A stretch of DNA of 63,814 nucleotides, filler included, from Licmophora abbreviata (taxonomy: Eukaryota), in the NCBI GenBank assembly GCA_900291995.1. It is 16 parts of 16 records of this genome, joined end to end, with 100 filler letters (N's around TTAATTAATTAA, not from the genome) between each part and the next. Parts side by side here need not be neighbours in the genome. Positions count along the whole stretch, not along the records: positions 58,105 to 60,737 come from OLMU01005320.1; positions 60,838 to 62,631 come from OLMU01005322.1; positions 62,732 to 63,814 come from OLMU01005356.1; 13 more parts are not named here. One strand, 5' to 3'. The position numbers and the translations under genes are program-made. The notes beneath the pieces are model-generated. The model was given only the letters and a program-made list of their open reading frames with translations, was not told the DNA's origin and did no database searches. Below, one piece after another: positions 59,158 to 63,814 of the stretch (the stretch's first letter is position 1; each line of letters starts with the position of its first letter).

Positions 59158-59236
59158 CGATAGCTACTAGTGATATTCTTAATAGAATAGCTGGTGTTCT
59201 AATGCAACTTGCTATTTAGCTTAATCTGTAGATGCA

Positions 59237-60433
59237 CTATTCATTGCCGTCAGATTTTCTTCTCTTGACGTCCGATGTCGACCTCTCTATGCGACGGGGC
59301 GCGACTTCCCTTTGCAAGAAAGAAAAAGAATTACCCGATCGTCTTGGTGATGCACATGAGTACTGCCCAGTCACGGAGGTGTCTTTTACAATCGGCACTT
59401 GATGACTGCGTAGTCGGCGTAGGAAGTCCGTCTTGGTCTTGCACGTGTCCCACAACGTCTTGAAGGAGACGAGCGGAAGCCGTTCCTCTGGAATGTGAAC
59501 TGTAATTTTTGATTGTCTTGGAGCAGTAGCAACATCGTTGTTGTCGGGGGTACCACCCTGTGATTCTTGCGATTCGTTGGTCGGCGTCGCGGTACTAATT
59601 GTCTTGAGTGATGGTAAAGGAAATGAACTGCTCCTGCTGCTATGTTCCGAAACCGATTCCAGAGCCGCAATTGTGACAGGGGGTTGTTGAGAATGATCCA
59701 TCCTTATTCGTCGCTTGCGAGCCGGTAGACTGCCTGTATTCGACACACTGTCTTCTCGCTTTCGTTTTTTGTTGGCACTTACGAAGGACGGTGAGGAAAG
59801 AGCGTCACAGTGCTGTTGCCTAGGAGTAGAGAGTTGCAGTAGTAGAGAGTGCGGTTGTTCTGGTCGCCTTGTCAAGGACGCCAAGCTGTTGGGAGTGTTA
59901 TTCAGCATCCGTCCCCAAGAGGAAGAAGGCAACAACGACGAGCCGTCGGGTCGCACCCCCCTCGATGCGCCCAAAGCCTGTTGTTGCCGTTGAAGATCAG
60001 CCAGGAGCAACATCTCTGGATGGAGCTGCTGACGACCCAAGAACGCTTCAATACCGCTCGTCCTCTCATGCGACGCTCCAAGGAAGGACCGGGCGGCAGT
60101 ACCGACGGTGCTACTAGCCGATGGATATGCGGCTGCAGCTAGGGTAGCCCGATCTAGGGTAGCCGCGAGCTCTACACTTCGGTACGCCGCTGCCAGGCAG
60201 GCAACCCGGTCGCTATCACGAGGTAGAGGGATGCCCTGCTGCTGCAAAGCCATGGGTCGATGGGAGGCAGCCGACAGCCTTCCTGCAGTGCTAGCGGTAG
60301 AAGCAGCACTACTGGTACCTACAACATTCAATGCTCTTCCAGGCATAGTTTGAAGCAGGGCAGCACGACGAAGCCGCAGTTCATCCTCTGGAGACATGTG
60401 TGAGCGAGTACGAGACCAGTGGATGCGATTCAT
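59237..60433 (-). CDS. Hypothetical low-complexity, probably nuclear protein
   Basis: 398-aa ORF with NLS-like KKRKR and RKRRIR. No family recognised. Confidence 0.5.
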   Translation of the reverse strand: MNRIHWSRTRSHMSPEDELRLRRAALLQTMPGRALNVVGTSSAASTASTAGRLSAASHRPMALQQQGIPLPRDSDRVACLAAAYRSVELAATLDRATLAAAAYPSASSTVGTAARSFLGASHERTSGIEAFLGRQQLHPEMLLLADLQRQQQALGASRGVRPDGSSLLPSSSWGRMLNNTPNSLASLTRRPEQPHSLLLQLSTPRQQHCDALSSPSFVSANKKRKREDSVSNTGSLPARKRRIRMDHSQQPPVTIAALESVSEHSSRSSSFPLPSLKTISTATPTNESQESQGGTPDNNDVATAPRQSKITVHIPEERLPLVSFKTLWDTCKTKTDFLRRLRSHQVPIVKDTSVTGQYSCASPRRSGNSFSFLQREVAPRRIERSTSDVKRRKSDGNE

Positions 60434-61177
60434 TCAGACACAAGGGGAAACCTTCTGCTCAGCTCCGGCTTGTCGGCGGATAAGGATCGAGGACAAGAGC
60501 GAATCTTCACCGCTTCTGGCCTGTCGTCTTCTTTTCCTCGCAAGCGCTTTGTCGGACCCGATGAACTAGTAGCCTGGGGGTGGCTTGCTCTTTCAAGAAG
60601 GCCAGTTCCGTGTTTCGAGAAGGCAAAACTAGAGCTAGACGAGAGGTACGAAGTGCCGGCACAGTCTTCTTGGCCTCTCATTTCGCCGCATGTCAACGAG
60701 GTCACACGCTGTGCAGTCTTTGCTTTTTCGGGATTGANNNNNNNNNNNNNNNNNNNNNNNNNNNNNNNNNNNNNNNNNNNNTTAATTAATTAANNNNNNN
60801 NNNNNNNNNNNNNNNNNNNNNNNNNNNNNNNNNNNNNGATGTTGAGTGGCGGGAGTATCGCCGGTCGTGGATGTGTGTGTGTCATGTTGTCCACACAAAG
60901 GAACAAGTGGAGACAGACGATAGTCTCGCGACCCGCGCTCTCGAGGGTCGGCGATGAGAGAAAGACAGATACAGAGACAAACCTAGGACGCGATGAGACC
61001 AAATCAAAGAGTGATGACAGCATCGCCCTGGTTGAGTTTCGCATCGGTCTGAAACCCCAGGCCTAAGTATCTGTTAGATATCGGAAACCCCTCGATTGAA
61101 GTCTCGCTCTACGATTTCGTTGTCTATCCTGTCCTCCAAAAACACAAGAACCCGTGGTACCGGTTAATTACTGAAAC

Positions 61178-62137
61178 ATGAGGGGGCCATTGATACGACT
61201 GTCGAACCGAAAGCAGCTCTATGTCGCTGCCGTCATTCTCGTCATGCTGGCCATGCACTCCCAACGAACCCATCTCGAAGGAATACTGTCAGAGCGCAGT
61301 GCCGGATCGATCCATTCTTCGTTTGAAGTTCTTGATACGCTCAAGCTCTTTGACGACACGGTCTGTCCCAAGAACGATTTCAAATGCATTTCCGCCCGGG
61401 TTCCTGTCCACCCCAACGCTCGTGGCTGCAAGAGGTTCATCGCTACGCCGCACCACAAAATGGGTCATCAGCTTTCTGTCTATCTCATGACGGCCATGTG
61501 CTCCAGTCGACGCGATCGGAAGCGTCACAAGGCGGAAGGCTTCCCGAAGCATGTCAAGAATAAGCCAGAGGGATGGGAGAACTCAGTCGACGTATCCAGG
61601 TATACTCGCGGAACTCCCCTGGTTCACTTTTTCCGAGATCCTCTGGAAACCATCGTGTCTGGCTTTCAGTATCACCTCGTCTCTACGGAGAACTGGATCA
61701 TCAAGCCTGGGGGCTACCAGGAGAAGTTGCGCAACGCTAGCCGCGATGACGGTTTGGAGATTGAGTACCATTGGATGATGAACCACTCGATTGCGCGTGC
61801 CATGGTACTCTACGAATTTTTAGATGACCCGGATCGACGACAAGATGTCTTTACGGTGCGTTTGGAGACGTTGCGCGAGGAGAGTCAGTTTCGAACAACC
61901 GTGTATGCCTTGGAAAAGTGGCTCGGCATGCCGCGTCACATGCCTTGGGAGGAACTGGAACGATGTTGCTTCATTTCCGAGTCGACGAGAAAGGAAGGAT
62001 CCAAGCACGTGAGTAAGATTGATGAGAAGGATGCGCTGCGACAGAAGCTAATGGCATGGCATGGAGATGAGATACGAGAGGCACGGCGTCGGCTGGGATG
62101 TCCACTGGTGGGACTGGAAAGTCAACAAGAAGCCTGA
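61178..62137 (+). CDS. Type II membrane sulfotransferase-like protein
   Basis: N-terminal TM, HHKMG (PSB-like), VHFFRDPLETIVSGFQYH (3'-PB-like). Confidence 0.65.
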   Translation: MRGPLIRLSNRKQLYVAAVILVMLAMHSQRTHLEGILSERSAGSIHSSFEVLDTLKLFDDTVCPKNDFKCISARVPVHPNARGCKRFIATPHHKMGHQLSVYLMTAMCSSRRDRKRHKAEGFPKHVKNKPEGWENSVDVSRYTRGTPLVHFFRDPLETIVSGFQYHLVSTENWIIKPGGYQEKLRNASRDDGLEIEYHWMMNHSIARAMVLYEFLDDPDRRQDVFTVRLETLREESQFRTTVYALEKWLGMPRHMPWEELERCCFISESTRKEGSKHVSKIDEKDALRQKLMAWHGDEIREARRRLGCPLVGLESQQEA

Positions 62138-62961
62138 GTGAGGATAAAACTAAGCTGTGGTGGATAAAGTCCCGAGTGCTGGAAGTGCTGCACATTCAAC
62201 ATGTAGACTGTGTGAAGGACTGCTAATGGGGTATGATAGGACAAAGCCGCAATGGAACCGGCGGCGAAAAGCATTGTCAAATGTGCGGAAACGCGCGTCC
62301 CAGCGCGCGCTACCTGATGGTACTCTTGTATCGACTGTCATTGCATTGTCATCGACACGTTCCAAGATTCGAGAGCTTCGATCTAGAATACAGTACCGGC
62401 GCTGTAAAAAAAAAAAAAATTCCGGATTCCGGCGCGAAAACCACGTTTTTACACAACGTGCCTTTGTAGCGATATCCGGCCATCCCCGCACCTCTTCGAC
62501 CTTGTGCATGTCAGAAAGCAAGTAAAGAAGCTATAGGAAGAAAAACGAGAGTGTGAAAGAGGCAAAGTAAGAAGAGTTAGCCATTCGTGTGCAACACCGC
62601 GACGCATTGTTTTTGTCGGATGCATCTTTTCNNNNNNNNNNNNNNNNNNNNNNNNNNNNNNNNNNNNNNNNNNNNTTAATTAATTAANNNNNNNNNNNNN
62701 NNNNNNNNNNNNNNNNNNNNNNNNNNNNNNNGCGACTCAACCTGCTCGTGACCTGACTGATTGATCCACGACTCGTTGATCGTTGAAAAGGTTGCTTTCC
62801 CGCGCGATTGAGATTCTTGCCTTAAGCAGCCACGCAGTGCTTTTTTCTCTAAAGTCCAACACACGACGGTATCCGGCGCCCTTCCCTCACAATATTTCCT
62901 TGGTTGACTTTTCTCACTACCGGTACCGGGTTCTCCCGGGATAATCCTTGATCTCTCGACC

Positions 62962-63814
62962 ATGACGACTCCCAAGACCGCTTCCGACGCCATTGCTTCC
63001 GTCGACGCCCAGAAATGGAACTCCACCGGAATCGAGGAGCGTCTTCGTATCCTGCGCGAAGTTCAAGCTAACCTGCTGGCCCTCAGAGACGATCTCGGCG
63101 CTGCCGAGGCCAAGACGAGAAACGACCGAATCTCGGCCCCTCTCTTCTCCAAGGAATTCGGAATGATGCTCTCTGTGGTGCCTGTGGGCAACAATGTCAC
63201 TGCCAGTATCGAACTCTACGAGACGCTGCTCAAGACGGGCAAAATGATTCAGCCGATGTCGACGAGCAAGGTGACCAACACGGATGCGGACCTAACGGAT
63301 CTTCATGTCTTTCCTCGAACCTCCAAGGAATCGTTGCTTTACGCCACTCGTAAGGACTTTCTTCGAGTCAAGGGAGAGCCCAAGCAGATCAGCCCCATGG
63401 ACAAGGAGAGTGGGATTATTGGTACTCTGGGTGGAGGGAACATCAGTGGAGCTCTCGAGGTCATCAAGGCGCTGTTTTACGATAATTGTGTCGTGGTGCA
63501 CAAGCCGCACCCGTTGAACGCGGAGACCAATGACGCTTGGGAAAAGGCCTTGAAGCCTCTCGTCGACCACAAGGCGCTCGCCTTTTGCGATGCGGATCAG
63601 GGACCGCAGCTCACGGCCGACAAGCGTTTGTTGAAGGTCTACTTTACGGGCGGAAGCAAAACGGCCGAGATGATTGCCAAGTCCACCAAGAAGCCTCTCG
63701 TTTCCGAATGCGGCGGTAACAATCCCACCCTTATCGTTCCCGGCGACTGGACCGATAAGGAAATGAAGCACCAAGCCATGCAAATTGCGACGAATGTCAA
63801 GTTGAATGGCGGTG
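62962..63814 (+). CDS. Aldehyde dehydrogenase-family protein, truncated by window end (absent from ORF track)
   Basis: Open frame from ATG 62962: ERLRILREV, LGGGN, VVVHKPHPLN, VYFTGG, SECGGNNP. Confidence 0.88.
   Translation, partial: MTTPKTASDAIASVDAQKWNSTGIEERLRILREVQANLLALRDDLGAAEAKTRNDRISAPLFSKEFGMMLSVVPVGNNVTASIELYETLLKTGKMIQPMSTSKVTNTDADLTDLHVFPRTSKESLLYATRKDFLRVKGEPKQISPMDKESGIIGTLGGGNISGALEVIKALFYDNCVVVHKPHPLNAETNDAWEKALKPLVDHKALAFCDADQGPQLTADKRLLKVYFTGGSKTAEMIAKSTKKPLVSECGGNNPTLIVPGDWTDKEMKHQAMQIATNVKLNGG

Noticed and set aside
62389..62440. Small hairpin TACAG..CTGTA plus A14 tract as a SINE tail or terminator
   Set aside because: Single copy, no target-site duplication or Pol III boxes seen; more likely a promoter poly(dA:dT).
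17940..62731. Regularly recurring TTAATTAATTAA palindrome flanked by Ns, as a biological repeat or CRISPR-like array
   Set aside because: Identical 100-bp N-padded linker with stops in six frames, i.e. an assembly or scaffolding artefact. ORFs ending in XXX-LIN are also artefacts.

Overview
Eukaryotic nuclear DNA, most likely from a pennate diatom. This rests on short GT-AG introns, a diatom-type Copia (CoDi) integrase relic, a bZIP-PAS protein and a bipartite plastid-targeting leader; the taxon is inferred, not proven. The window is a scaffold of 16 contigs joined by 15 artificial 100-bp spacers (N44-TTAATTAATTAA-N44). About 30 protein genes or gene fragments are recognisable: TrpRS with an AlaX-like N-terminal fusion, an SPPL-type GxGD protease, a SAM/glycine-zipper protein, bZIP-PAS(LOV-like), DUF1769, a 2-hydroxyacid dehydrogenase, CPBP-like and rhomboid-like membrane proteins, a NIPP1-like FHA protein, hemerythrin, TraB, three sulfotransferase-like genes, an MscS channel, a bacterial-type lactate permease next to an SDR, GST, a GT60 glycosyltransferase, an ATP-grasp enzyme, kinases and an ALDH. 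The most dynamic part is about 34.8-51.8 kb. It holds secreted mucin-stalk/DUF285 surface proteins (two inferred from C-terminal PLCYxC tails beside gaps) around a GT60 enzyme, a local segmental duplication interrupted by a CoDi relic, and a tandem array of four secreted metallophosphoesterases. I recognised no rRNA, tRNA or CRISPR. All family calls come from reading motifs by eye; no database searches were run.
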